Assembly: GCA_963765835.1 (NCBI GenBank)
Contig: CAVXYF010000016.1
Coordinates: forward strand, 8,050-72,049
Reading direction: 5' to 3'
Length of the DNA: 64,000 nt
Source: an uncultured Acidobacteriota bacterium
Lineage (GTDB): Bacteria; Acidobacteriota; Thermoanaerobaculia; UBA5066; Gp7-AA6
Position numbers and translations under genes: made by a program. Every line of letters begins with the position of its first letter. Position 1 is the stretch's first letter. The notes beneath the pieces are model-generated. The model made no database searches, was not told the DNA's origin, and saw only the letters and a program-made list of their open reading frames with translations. Shown in pieces: positions 27,120-40,881 of the stretch.

Positions 27120-29433
27120 ATGCCTTACGTTCGCCGCGGTTCTGAAACTCGTACCCACACGACCACCGCGGGAGAGGAGAGAAATGCCGAAAGGCTTCTC
27201 ACCACCCTCTCCGACGGGACCATGGTCGCCACCTGGATGGTCGTGGACAACGGGGACGAGGGGGTGGCGCCGGGCGTCTTTCAGCAGCGTTTCGACCGTC
27301 TGGGAAACCGCATCGGCGCTGAAGTGCAGGTCAACACGACGGCCGCGGCCTCGTTTGACGGCACCGTCAGGACGATCGCCCTTCCCGGCGGGCGCTGGGC
27401 AACCTCATGGGTGACGCACGACGGGGTCTCCAAACCGCTCGGTGCCTATGTCCAGATTTTCGACGCTCAGGGAAAAGTCGGGAGCGAGATCCAGCTCGAC
27501 GCCGAGCAAGGGGAGATCCTGAACTGGCAGGTGTGGACCTTTCCGCAGGCGGACGGTGGCTTCGTCGCAATCTGGGGCGGCGAAAGCAGCGAGGGCCGCG
27601 AAGACGTTTACATGCAGCGTTTCGATCGGACGGGCGCCACGGTCGGCGACCCGCAGGCAGTCGGCGGGTCCGGCACCGCCGGATTGTACGACCTTTCCGT
27701 GGTCGAGACGGACGATGGATTCACTGCCATCTGGAACACGAAGATCAACGACACCGGCGAGGATCCGGACGTTTTGCTGCGCCGCTTCGACAAGAACTTC
27801 GAACCGCTGGGCGAGGCGGCGACCCGCGTCAACGAGGCCGTGGAGGGTCGCGCCGAGAGTTTTTCTAGCGGCGGCCATGCACAGCTGTCGGATGGCAGGT
27901 TCGTGATCGTCTATGGCAATCCCGGAGGGTATTTCCAGCAGCTCTTCGACGCAGACGGCACGAAGATTCGCGAAATCACCGTCCCCGAGGGTCCGAGCCA
28001 GGGTGGGGAATATTACCCTCCCCTCGTCTATGCCCTGGAGGACGGCAAATGGATGGTGGCCTGGAGCGGAATAACCCCGGGCAACGTCACCGACGCCTAT
28101 TACCAGGTCTACAACGCCGATGGCACTTCGGACGGCGAACCTGTCCGCGTTTCCGCATCCACTTCAAACTCTCAGTCCCTGACCGCGCAAACCGTGCGGC
28201 TGCGGGACGGCGGCCTCGTGCTCTTTTGGGGAGGCATGGCACGCAGGAGGGCCAGGAGGATCCTGACGGCCTGTTCTTCCAGCGCTTTGACGCGCAGGGC
28301 CAGAAGGTCGGCGGTGAGACGCGGATCAACACCTCGACGAATGGCGAGATCTTCAACCTGCAGGCCGCGGCCCTTCCCAGCGGCCACTTCGTCCTCACTT
28401 GGAACGGCGCAGGCACTCAGCCGGGGCAGCAGGATGACGCGGGCGTCTTTCAGCAGGTCTTCGACGCCGATTTCCGGCGCGTCGGCGGCGAGACCCGCGT
28501 GGCGACGTCGGTCGACGGCTACCAGGGCGTGCCCCAGATCAACGTCCTTCCCGACGGCTCGTGGGCGGTCATCTGGTCCGGCCGAGGCACGCAGAAGGAT
28601 CAGGAGGACAGCTGGGGCCTCTTCTTCCAGCGCTTCGGGTTCAACGCAGCGCCGACGAGCATCGCTCTGGCCGGGGCCTCCATTCGGGAGGACGCGAAAG
28701 GCGGCGATGCGGTGGGAGTTCTGTCGGGCACCGACCCGGACGGCGACAGCCTCGCCTTCACCTTGCTCTCGCATCAGAACCTGTTCGAGATCGCCGGCAC
28801 CACCTTGCGCCTCAAGCCCGGCGCGACGCTCGACCATGAGACGGCGCCGTCTCTCACCCTGCGCATCGAGGCCGATGACGGTTATGGGGAAAGCCATGTT
28901 CGCGATCTGACCGTCACCGTCACGAACACTCTCGAGACGACCCCTTCGTCAGGACCGGCACGCCCGGCGACGATGCGCTCTTCGGCGAGCTGGGCAACGA
29001 CACGCTGCAGGGCGGCAGCGGGAACGACACCCTCGACGGCGATGCTGGGAACGATGTCCTCTACGGCGGCGCCGGCAAGGACCTCCTGAAGGGCGGCGCG
29101 GGCCGGGACATCTTCGTCTTCGACAAGCCCCTCAACAAGAAGACCAATCTCGACCGGATCGCCGACTTCAGCGTGAAGGACGACACGATCTGGCTCGACA
29201 ATGCCGTCTTCAAGAAACTGGGCAAGGGCAGCCTGACGAAGAAAGGCAAGCTCGACAAGGAGTTCTTCGTCATCGACACCAAGGCGAGGGAGAGCGACGA
29301 TTACCTGATCTACAACAAGAAGACCGGCGTCCTCTCCTACGACGCGGACGGTTCCGGGTCGAAGAAGGCGGTCGAGATCGCTACCCTCACCGAAGAACCT
29401 CAAGCTGACCTCCGCCGACTTCCTGATCGTCTG
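27120..29433 (+). CDS. Large secreted repeat protein: N-terminal degenerate ~48-aa repeats + cadherin-like domain + RTX GGxGxD repeats + T1SS C-terminal secretion signal; about 3 frameshifts
   Basis: ATG at 27120 (MPYVRRG...) with an AAGGGG RBS. The repeated module is ...VNT.T.G.Q..P.V..L.DGGFV..W.G.G.QEGQED..GVF.QRFD..G...G.E.... The cadherin-like segment is ...[58 protein letters not shown].... The RTX segment is [46 protein letters not shown]. The C-terminus ...[20 protein letters not shown] parallels the paralog at 30269. Confidence 0.75.
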
Positions 29434-29649
29434 ATGCTGCCGCGGCGCGAGGGTCCGTAACGGCGCCCGGTCTTCGGATGCTGCGATGCCGTGAGAGCGG
29501 GCGGCCGAGTCCACATTTTCGCGCGCTGCACTAGAACAATCCGTGGCGGAGCGAAATCGCTTCGCCGTTCAGAGCATGCAGCACGTTCAAGTGAGGATCG
29601 GTTTCGCGCAAGCGGGATCGGCTCCTGAGAGGGTCGAGGACCGTTCACG

Positions 29650-30189
29650 ATGCAAGAGAAGCCCATGACCCTCTTTTCCCGCCGTTCGATTCTGGCGGCT
29701 TTGTCGGTCGGCATCGCTGTTACAGGGGCGGGCTGCGTCCCGGCGGGTCTTTCATCCGACGGCTCGCCCTTCCCGCAGGCTTTCTCCGGGTTCTCGGTGG
29801 ATGTCAGCGCCCTGAAGGCCAAGGGTCTCGGCCCTTTCGCCGATCTCATCGGCGCGGCCGCCCTCGATGAATTGCAGCGCTCCTTCGCCGACCGCGTCGA
29901 CCCGCGCGGCCCCCGTCTCGTCCTGCGCGTGACGAGCGTGTTTTTCACGCCGTTTCCCGACAATAGCTCCGGCCGCCTGGGCCACGGAGGCAGCCGCGGC
30001 GGCGGCAACAGCGGGCACGATGCGATGGAAGGCGAAGCCCTGGCCGTCGGCCGCAGGGGCGAGGTTCTGGCGAGCCATCCGATGCTGGCCGTGCGCGACG
30101 TGAACACCAGTCCTCTAACGCCCGACGAACAGGCTCGCGCCGTCGCCGTGGCGCAGCATTACGTCCGCTGGCTGCGGCGGCAGATCTAA
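29650..30189 (+). CDS. Hypothetical lipoprotein (signal peptide with LxxC-like lipobox ...VTGAGC)
   Basis: MQEKPMTLFSRRSILAALSVGIAVTGAGCVP.... Intact 179 aa, placed between the two repeat-protein paralogs. Confidence 0.45.
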   Translation: MQEKPMTLFSRRSILAALSVGIAVTGAGCVPAGLSSDGSPFPQAFSGFSVDVSALKAKGLGPFADLIGAAALDELQRSFADRVDPRGPRLVLRVTSVFFTPFPDNSSGRLGHGGSRGGGNSGHDAMEGEALAVGRRGEVLASHPMLAVRDVNTSPLTPDEQARAVAVAQHYVRWLRRQI

Positions 30190-30268
30190 GACGGCTCGAA
30201 CTAAAAATATTGCAAATATATAACCTTACCTTAAGCTACGCCGCACCGCGTTCTTAAGGTCTCCAGCC

Positions 30269-32752
30269 ATGCCTTACAATGTTGTCAGCCTCGGCGGGGA
30301 AACCCGCATCCACACGTCTACGGGCGGAGTGCAGGCCGCACCCCAGTTCATCAGGCTGCCGGACGGGCGGTTCATCCTGCAATGGGTCGGCAACGGAACC
30401 GTTCACGGACAGGAGGATACAAACGGCTATTTTCAGCAGCTTTTCGACGCCAACGGGGTGAAGATCGGCAGCGAGATTCGCGTCAACGCCATGACGGACG
30501 GCGAGGTCAAACCGGATTTCGTTTCGGTCGCCCTCCCTGGCGTCGGATGGGGCTCCATCTGGAAGTCAGTCTCGGACGATCCTGCTGTCGGCGGCAACGC
30601 CTATTTCCGCACCTTTGACATGAACGGTACTCCCGGGCAGCAGCTCAGGATCAACGAGACAGAGAACGGCATATCGGAAGACTGGCGGAACGTGTTCCTG
30701 CGCAACGCCAATTCGATCGTCCTCTGGAACGGAAAAGGCACTCAGGAAGATCAGACGGACGACGCAGGCATCTTCTTCCGCCTCATGGACGAGGATGGCG
30801 ACTTCATCGGAGGGGAGACGCGCGTGAACGTTGCCGTGGAGGGGCGTGAAGAAACGCTGACCGGCGTCACGGCTCTCTCGAACGGCGGATTTGTCGTCAC
30901 CTATCGTGCCGGATCCGAGGCGTTTCAACAGGCCTTCGACCGCAATGGTGCGAAGGTCGGGGAAGAATTCACCCTCATCTCCAACGCGAGCATCACGCCA
31001 TCCGCCCGCAGCCTGGCGGACGGCAAATGGGCGACCTTCTGGAATCTTCCCGTCACCGCCCAAATCAGGGACATCTACTATCAGGTCTTCAACGCCGATG
31101 GCACAGCCGACGGCGAGGCAAAAACCGTCAATACAACCGTCGACGGAGATCAGATCAGAGCAGCCACCCTGACGATGGAGAGCGGCGGCCCGCTGATATT
31201 CTGGCAGGGGAATGGCACGCAGGAGGGCCAGGAGGACGATCATGGGCTCTTCTACCAGCGCTTCGATGCCCATGGGAGGAAGATCGGCTCCGAAACGCGT
31301 CTCAACACGACCGTCGACGGGGAACAGTCCAACCTCCGGATCTTCACCAGCTACCAGTTCAATGAGAGCACCAGCCGATACGTCGTCAAGCACTACGTCA
31401 CAGCTTGGACAATCGGTGACCCCGAGGCGCAGGATCCCGATGATCTATTCGTCCAGGTGCTCGATCCGTCCGGGGGCAAGATCGGCCCTGAAATCCGCTT
31501 CCAGGCAGTCGGCGACTTTCTCGATACGAACTTTGCGTATCTCCCTACCACCGGGCGTTCCGTTCTCACCTGGTCGGGCAAGAGTACGCGACAGGGACAC
31601 GAGGACGATGCCGGCGTCTTCATGCAGCTCTTCGACGTCAACGGCACGAGGATCGGCGCGGAGGTGCGCGTCAACAGCAGCACGGAAGGGGTCCAGAGCG
31701 GCGCCATGATCCGCGTATTGCCGAACGGCAGCTTCGTGGTGGCCTGGAACGGATCCGACGGCAGCGAAACCGGCCTCTTCATGCAGGTCTTCGATGCCAA
31801 CGGCCAACGCGTCGGCGGCGAGATCCTGGTCAACACCTCGAAGACCGGCGCTCAGATGGGCACGTTCCTGGAATTCACGGCGGATGGCACGCTTGGTCGG
31901 CTGGGAGGGTGTCGGCGATCAGCCTGACCAGCAAGACGGGACGGCGGCATGTTCTTCCAGCGCTTCAAGATCAATTCGGCGCCGGAGAGCATCGCCGTCA
32001 GCGGATCGATCCAGGAAACGGCAGCCGCGGGCACAACGGCGGGCACACTCTCGACCGTCGATCTCGACCAGTCCGACAGACACACCTTCACCCTCGTCGA
32101 CGCGGGCAATGCGCCGACGACGAATCCGCTTTTCGAGATCTCGGGCAGCACGATCAAGCTCAAGTCGGGCGCCAAGCTCAATTACGAGGCGGCGACATCC
32201 CACAATCTGCGCGTCAAGGTCACGGACGCCTTCGGCGGCAGCTATGTCCAGGACGTGGCGGTGAGCGTCACCAACGTGCGCGAAAAAACGCCGCTGCGGA
32301 AGAACGGCACCGCGGGCGCCGACATCCTGTTCGGCGAACTCGGCAACGACACGCTGTCGGGTGCGGGCGGCAACGACCGCCTGCATGGCGATCTCGGGCG
32401 CGACCGGATCTCCACCGGCAGCGGCAAGGATGTGGTGGTCTTCGACCAGCGCCCGTCGAGCAGCAACCGCGACACGATCACCGATTTCGACCCGAAGAAG
32501 GACTCGCTCTATCTCGACAATGCCTTCTTCACCAAGCTGGGAAAGAAGGGCTCGCTCGAGAAGCCGGCCAAGCTGTCCAAGACCTATCTCGAGTTCGACG
32601 CACCGAACGACGCCAACGATTACCTGATCTACAACCGCAAGACCGGCGTGCTGTCCTACGACGCCGATGGCAACAAGGCAGGAAAAGCTGTCGAGATCGC
32701 GGTCTTCACCAACAAGCCCAAGCTCACCTACGCCGACTTCTTCGTGATCTGA
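30269..32752 (+). CDS. Paralogous large secreted repeat/cadherin-like/RTX T1SS-substrate protein; about 2 frameshifts near 31890-31940
   Basis: ATG at 30269 (MPYNVVSLGGETRIHTSTGG...). It has the same ~48-aa repeat module as 27120 (...[42 protein letters not shown]...), a cadherin-like region, and the RTX run [37 protein letters not shown]. The C-terminus is ...AVFTNKPKLTYADFFVI*. Confidence 0.75.
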
Positions 32753-32786
32753 GCCTGCCGCGGGAGGTGGATCCGGCCCCGCCGGA

Positions 32787-33272
32787 TCAGGCCTTCTCCG
32801 GCTCGACTTCCTCGATCGGCACCAGAGGCTCGTCCTTGACGAGGTCGAGGGTCAGCGCCGTGCGGACGTTGCGCACGTTCGGCAGGGAGGTGAGCTCGGA
32901 GACGAGGCCCTGGAAGGAGGCGAGGTTCGGCGCCACGCATTTCATGATGAAGTCGATGTCGCCCGACAGGGTCCAGCACTCGCGGACCATGGACCAGTCC
33001 TTCACCTTCTGCTCGAATTCCTTGAGCTCCTTCTTGCCCTGCACGTCGAGCTGCACCATGGCGAAGCAGACGATCTCGAAGCCGAGATTCTTCGGGTCGA
33101 GGATCGCCCGGTAGGCCTTGATGATGCCGGCGCTCTCGAGCGCCCGCACCCGGCGCAGGCAGGGCGGCGCCGACAGGCCGACGCGGCGCGCCAGCTCCAC
33201 ATTGGTGATGCTGCCGTCGGCCTGCAGTTCTTTCAGGATGGCCCAGTCGATGGAATCGAGGCGTCCGCGCAC
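32787..33272 (-). CDS. Lrp/AsnC family transcriptional regulator
   Basis: Intact 161 aa: MRGRLDSIDWAILKELQADGSITNVELARRVGLSAPPCLRRVRALESAGIIKAYRAILDPKNLGF.... Confidence 0.85.
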   Translation of the reverse strand: MRGRLDSIDWAILKELQADGSITNVELARRVGLSAPPCLRRVRALESAGIIKAYRAILDPKNLGFEIVCFAMVQLDVQGKKELKEFEQKVKDWSMVRECWTLSGDIDFIMKCVAPNLASFQGLVSELTSLPNVRNVRTALTLDLVKDEPLVPIEEVEPEKA

Positions 33273-33447
33273 GGTAACTCCGCTAGAGCACGATCGGGAG
33301 GGCGGGAACCGGCCGGCGGCCCGGATCGTGCGGGATCAGGTCAAAAAATCTCGTCTTGGCTGAGTAGACCGTGTAGAGGGTCTGCACAAGAAGGACAGGC
33401 GATTAAGTCGCAACGAACTTCATGAACTCCACAGGCTCGTTGATCGA

Positions 33448-35428
<1,981 letters not shown>

Positions 35429-35548
35429 AATTTATTAACAACTGGTTAGCTCTCAGGCCGATTTCCTGTTGCGTCGAACCCTCGGCTCATAAGAGATAAG
35501 AGATGCCTCCGCATAAGGTAGCATGCGGGGCATCGAGGGGAATCCGCC

Positions 35549-36442
35549 GTGGACTGGGACAAGATCCGGATTTTCTACACGGTCGCGGAAGCGGGCAGCT
35601 TCACGCGGGCCGGTGACGATCTGGGCTTGAGCCAGTCCGCCGTGAGCCGCCAGATCAGCGCCCTCGAGCGCGAGCTGAAGGCGCCGCTCTTCCACCGCCA
35701 TGCCCGCGGCCTGATCCTGACCGAGCAGGGCGACCTGCTGTTCCGCGCCGCCCGCGACATGCGCATGCGGCTGGAGACCACCAGGGCCCGCCTCGTCGAG
35801 ACCAGCGAGCGCCCCTCGGGCGAGCTGAAGGTGACGACCACCGTCGGCCTCGGCTCGATCTGGCTCGCCCAGCGCATCGCCGAGTTCCTCGACCTCTACC
35901 CGGACGTGCGCGTCGAGCTGATCCTCACCAACGAGGAGCTCGATCTCGCCATGCGCGAGGCCGACGTGGCGATCCGCCTGCGCCGCCCGGCCCAGCCGGA
36001 CCTGATCCAGCGCCGGCTCTTCACGGTGCATTTCCACGTCTATGCCTCGACCGACTACATCAAGCGCTTCGGCGAGCCGAAGACCCTGGAGGATCTCGAC
36101 GAGCACCGCATCGTCTCCTTCGGCGGCGACCAGCCCTCCTACCTGATGGCCGTGCACTGGCTCTCGACCGCCGGGCGCGAGGGGCAGCGAGCCGCGCCAG
36201 TACCATTACGTGGTCAACAACATCACGGCCCTGAAGCTCGCCGTCGAGACCGGAGCCGGCATCGCCGTGCTGCCGGATTACGCGGTCGGTCGGCAATCCG
36301 GACCTCGATCCAGATCCTGCGCGACGTGGAGATGCCCTCCCTCGACAGCTATCTCGTCTATGCCGAGGAGATGCGCTCCGTCGCCCGCGTCCAGGCCTTC
36401 CGCGACTTCCTGATCTCCAAGGCCCAGCGCTGGACGTTCTAA
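35549..36442 (+). CDS. LysR family transcriptional regulator; about 2 frameshifts near 36190-36290
   Basis: GTG start MDWDKIRIFYTVAEAGSFTRAGDDLGLSQSAVSRQISALERELKAPLFHRHARGL... (HTH), then a LysR substrate-binding domain. Confidence 0.8.
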   Translation: MDWDKIRIFYTVAEAGSFTRAGDDLGLSQSAVSRQISALERELKAPLFHRHARGLILTEQGDLLFRAARDMRMRLETTRARLVETSERPSGELKVTTTVGLGSIWLAQRIAEFLDLYPDVRVELILTNEELDLAMREADVAIRLRRPAQPDLIQRRLFTVHFHVYASTDYIKRFGEPKTLEDLDEHRIVSFGGDQPSYLMAVHWLSTAGREGQRAAPVPLRGQQHHGPEARRRDRSRHRRAAGLRGRSAIRTSIQILRDVEMPSLDSYLVYAEEMRSVARVQAFRDFLISKAQRWTF

Positions 36443-36699
36443 CCTGCCATCAGGCTCGCTTTGACTGCGCTCAGTTGAAGCCGGATCTGATCAGCTCGGC
36501 GAATTCCAATTTTGCTCACCGACCATGACGCGAAGCCATGCAGCTCAGCGCAGCCCTTTCATGAGGCATGTTGCATTGCAAATAAGCGCAGATGCGGCCG
36601 ATATCAGCCTTGGCTGATTTCAACGCGGCACCGCTTTCTTCCTCCCGGCGATGCCGTGTCGGCCGTTCCCTCTGGAAGGTTTTGACTTTTGTCGGACCT

Positions 36700-38510
36700 C
36701 TACTTTAGCCGGGCCTTCGAGCCCGGCTTTTTTCTTTCGGCCCTGCGACGGCAGTACGGCTCCAGCGCTGACGATCGCGGACTGCGTCCACCTCTTCCTT
36801 CAGCGCCCGGCGCAGCACCTTGCCGACATTGGTCTTCGGCAGCGCCTCGCGGAACTCGATCCGGCGCGGCACCTTGTAGCCGGTCAGGTTCTCGCGGCAG
36901 AACTCGCGCAGCTCCTCGGCGGTGAGGGTCGGGTCCTTGCGCACCACATAGGCCACGACGGCCTCGCCCGAATGCTCGTCCGGCAGGCCGATGACCGCCG
37001 CCTCCAGCACGCCGGGATGCTGGGCGAGCACGTCCTCGACCTCGTTCGGATAGACGTTGAAGCCGGAGACGAGGACCATGTCCTTCATCCGGTCGACGAT
37101 CTTCACCTGCCCGTCCGGCAGGATGACCGCGACGTCGCCGGTGCGGAAGTAGCCGTCCGGCGTCATCGACCTTCGCGGTCTCGTCCGGCCGCTGCCAGTA
37201 GCCCGCCATCACCTGCGGGCCCTTCACGCAGAGCTCGCCCCGCTCGCCGAGCGGCAGCGACCGCGCCGTCGGCGGCGCGGATCGACACGTCCGTCGACGG
37301 CAGCGGATAGCCGATGGTGCCGGTGAACTCCTCGATGTCGAGGCGGTTGGCGCAGACCACCGGCGAGGTCTCCGACAGGCCGTAGCCTTCGACGATCGGC
37401 TGCCCGGTCACCTCCTTCCATTTCTTCGCCACGGCCTCCTGGGTCGCCATGCCGCCGGACACGGCGAAGACCAGCTGGGAGAAATCCACCTCCTCGATGC
37501 CGGGCGCGTTGGCGAGGGCATTGTAGAGCGTGTTGACGCCCGGACATCAGCGTGAACGGGCTCGTTCTGCAGGGTCTTGACGAAGCCCGGGATGTCGCGC
37601 GGATTGGCGATCAGCAGCTGGCATCCGCCGATCCGCGTCATCAGCAGCGCGCAGACCGTGAGCGCGAAGATGTGATAGAGCGGCAGCGCCGTCACCATCA
37701 CATGGTCCGTCGCGCTCGCCGAAGAACGGGCGCATCCAGGCCTCGCACTGGAGCACGTTGGCGGCCACGTTGCGGTGGAGCAGCGATGGCGCCCTTGGCG
37801 ACGCCGGTCGTGCCGCCGGTATATTGCAGGAACGCGATGTCGTCGGGCGAGACGGCCACCGGCTTGCGGCTTGCGCTTCGCACCCTCCGCGATGACGGCC
37901 TTGAAGGCGATCGCCTGCGGCAGCTCGAACGGCTTCACCGCCTTCTTCACGTGCCGCGAAACCAGATTGACGATCGCGCCCTTGAGGCCGAGCAGATCGC
38001 CGGGCGTCGACCAGCGACCACGCGGTCGAGCTTCAGCTCGGGCAGCGCCTCCTGCACGGTGTGCCGCGAAGTTCTCGAGCACGAACAGGAAGCGTGCGCC
38101 GGAATCCTTGAGCTGATGGGTGAGCTCGCGCGGCGTGTAGAGCGGGTTGACGTTGACCACGGTGCCGCCGGCCAGCAGGACGCCGAACAGGATCGCCGGA
38201 TAGGCCATCACGTTCGGCAGCATGATCGCGACCCGGTCGCCCTTCTTCAGCCCCTGCGCCCTGCAGCCAGGAGGCCACCGCATCGGCCTCGCGGCCCAGC
38301 TCGGCATAGGTCATGCGCTTGCCGAAGCTCTCGACGGCGGCGCGGTTCGGATAATCCGCGACGGCCTTGCGGAAGATATCGACGAGAGTGCCGATCCTCG
38401 CCTCGTCGATCGTCGGCGGAACCTGGGCGGGATAGGAGCTCAGCCAGGGGCGGGCCGCAGAAGGGTCCGGCGCGCCTGCGGTGGCAGGCCGCCTGGGTCG
38501 TGGCGTTCAT
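36700..38510 (-). CDS. fadD: Long-chain-fatty-acid--CoA ligase (AMP-binding); at least four frameshifts
   Basis: ATG at 38510 with a [16 protein letters not shown]...[18 protein letters not shown]...[44 protein letters not shown]...[18 protein letters not shown]...[12 protein letters not shown]...[60 protein letters not shown]...[24 protein letters not shown]. Confidence 0.85.
36706..36736 (+). terminator. Rho-independent terminator hairpin with T-run on the plus strand
   Basis: ttaGCCGGGCcttcgaGCCCGGCttttttctttc. It lies about 260 bp downstream of the LysR stop and overlaps the last codons of the minus-strand fadD. Confidence 0.45.
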
Positions 38511-38657
38511 CGTTGTCCTCCGCTTCGCGGCGAGGTTTGCTTCATGGGAGATGGCGTCTCCGTAAAGCACAACTTGGCGCGGAAGACCGCGTTTGTCGAT
38601 GGGAATAGTTTAGGCCTGAACGATCGTGATGCGGATCGCTCAGAGCCGCGGTCAGTC

Positions 38658-40706
38658 TCAATGCGCCTTCTGCAGCACCATGCTCGGCCGGGCGGCCGCT
38701 GAGTTCCGCCATGTGGTCGAAGCGGGTCGAGAAGGTGCCGACGCCGGCCGTGGCCGAGCGCAGCTCGACGATGAGATCGCCGATCTCCGATTCCGGGATC
38801 GTGGCGCTGAGCACGTCCCAGCCGTTCCAGCCGGGCCGCTCGTCATAGCCGAGGATCTGCCCGCGCCGTGCCGGTGACGAGGCCGGTCGCCTTGGACAGC
38901 GCCTCGGACGGGATCGTGATCTCGACCGACAGCACCGGCTCCAGCAGCACCGGCTTCGCCTTCGGCAGGGCCTCCGCCAGGGCGAGCTTCGCCGCCGCCT
39001 GGAAGGCGGCATCGGAGGAATCGACCGTGTGGTAGGAGCCGTCCGTCAGCGTCACGGCGAGATCGACCACCGGGAAGCCGAGCGGGCCCGCATTTGAGCG
39101 CATCCCGCACGCCGGTCTCGACGGACGGGATGTACTGGCGCGGCACCACGCCGCCGGTGATCTTGTCCTGGAAGGCGAAGCCCTCGCCGCGCGGCAGCGG
39201 CTTGATCTCGATCATCACGTCGCCGAACTGGCCGTGGCCGCCGGTCTGCTTCCGGTGCCGGCCCCGGGCCGATGACGGGCAGCTTGATCGTCTCGCAATA
39301 GGCGACCTTCGGCTTGCCGGTCTCGACGCCGACCTGGAAGCGGGAGGCGAGCCTTTCGACCGCGACGCGCAGGTGCATCTCGCCCTGCCCGAGCAGGCGG
39401 ATCTCGCCCATCTCGGGCCGGGTCTCGACCACGAGGGACGGATCCTCCTCGGTGATCTTGGCAAGCGCGCTCGAGAGGCGCACGTCGTCCTTGCGGTCCT
39501 TGACCTTGAGCGCGAGCGCGTAGACCGGCTCCGGCGGCGCGACGGACACGATGGCGTCCGGCCGCGCCTTGCCGGCCGCGAAGCTGTCGCCGGTGGCGAT
39601 GCCCTCCAGCCGGCCGAAGCCGACCGTGTCGCCCGCCTTGGCCTCGGCGATGCGGGTCGTCGTGCTGCCCACGAGCGTCAGCAGGCTGCCGATCCGCGCC
39701 TCCGCGCCGCGCGAGCCGATCACCGTATCGCCCTCGTGGAACGCGCCGCGCAGGACGCGGGCGATCGAGAGCTTGCCGCCCTGCCCCATATGCAGGGTCT
39801 TCATGACCTGGGCGAGCGGCGGGCCCTCCTCGGGAATGCCGAGGCGCGCGCGGGTCTCGGCAAGCGTCGGCGCCTCGTGGCGCAGCGCCTTGAGAAGCCG
39901 CGTGACGCCGTTGCCGCGCTCGGCCGAGCCGATGAGGGCCGGCACCACGTGCCGCTCCTTCAGCTCCTTCGACGAGATCGTCGAAGACCCGGTCGCGCGG
40001 CGGCTCGATCTCGGAGATCAGCTCCTCCATCAGGTCGTCGTCGTAGTCGGCGAGGCGCTCGAGCATGGCGAAGCGCGCTTCGCGTTCTCGCGCGGCAGCT
40101 CGCCGTCCGGCAGCTCGACGACCTCGCTCGGCGCATGCTCGCGATAGATGAAGGCGCGCTCGAGCGCGAGATCGATGAAGCCGACCGCGATGCCGTCCTT
40201 CCAGAGCGGGATCTGGCGCAGGAGCAGCGGCGTGCGCGAGGCCCGCTGCAGCAGCGCCAGCGTCTCGCGGACGCGCTGCGTCGGCCGTGTCGATCTTGTT
40301 GATGAAGAGGAAGCGCGGGATGTCGGCTTCCTCCAGCTCGCGCAGGATGATCTCGAGCGCCGGGATCTTGCGCTCGTCCGCCTCGCAGACGACGATCGCC
40401 GCGTCGCAGACCGGCGTGACGTTGCGCATCTCGTGCAGGAATTCCGTCGAGCCGGGGCAATCGACGAAGGTCATGCGTCTCGCCGAGAAATTCGACCGTC
40501 GCCACGTTCGGCTCGATGCTCATGCCGTGGGCGCGGGCCTCGGCGCTCGCATCGCCCACGCTGTCCCCGTTCGCGACGCGGCCGGCGCGGGAGATCGCGC
40601 CGGTGCGCTCCAGGATCGCCTCGAGGAGGGTGGTCTTGCCGCTCTGAAACGGGCCGACGATGGCGATGCATCGCGGGCCCGCCGCTCGTCTGCCGTTGGG
40701 TGCCAT
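38658..40706 (-). CDS. Elongation factor G-like GTPase paralog (EF-G 2 / EF-G-like); multiple frameshifts
   Basis: MAPNGRRAAGPRCIAIVGPFQSGKTTLLEAILERTGAI... (G1 motif), ...DCPGSTEFLHEM..., ...FINKIDT.... EF-G domain IV/V-like parts: ...HGQFGDVMIEIKPLPRGEGFAFQDKITGGVVPRQYIPSVETGVRDAL... and ...LGFPVVDLAVTLTDGSYHTVDSSDAAFQAAAKLA.... Confidence 0.7.
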
Positions 40707-40881
40707 GAGGACGTCATCCTTCCCTGCCCCCGCTTTGGCGCGCTCTTGTCCGGGCGCGTTGAGGTCGATGCTCTGCCTCTCGGCGCAGCGTTGGCAAGAG
40801 GTCTTTAAGTCAAGCGGGATCACAGAGAAACGGCCGAGCTCGCGCCCGGCCGTTCCATGTGAGGCAATCTCCGTGAGACGA

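Noticed and set aside
36706-36736. Hairpin as the fadD terminator
   Set aside because: The T-run is on the plus strand only. On the minus strand the hairpin is followed by non-U-rich sequence and lies inside the fadD 3' codons.
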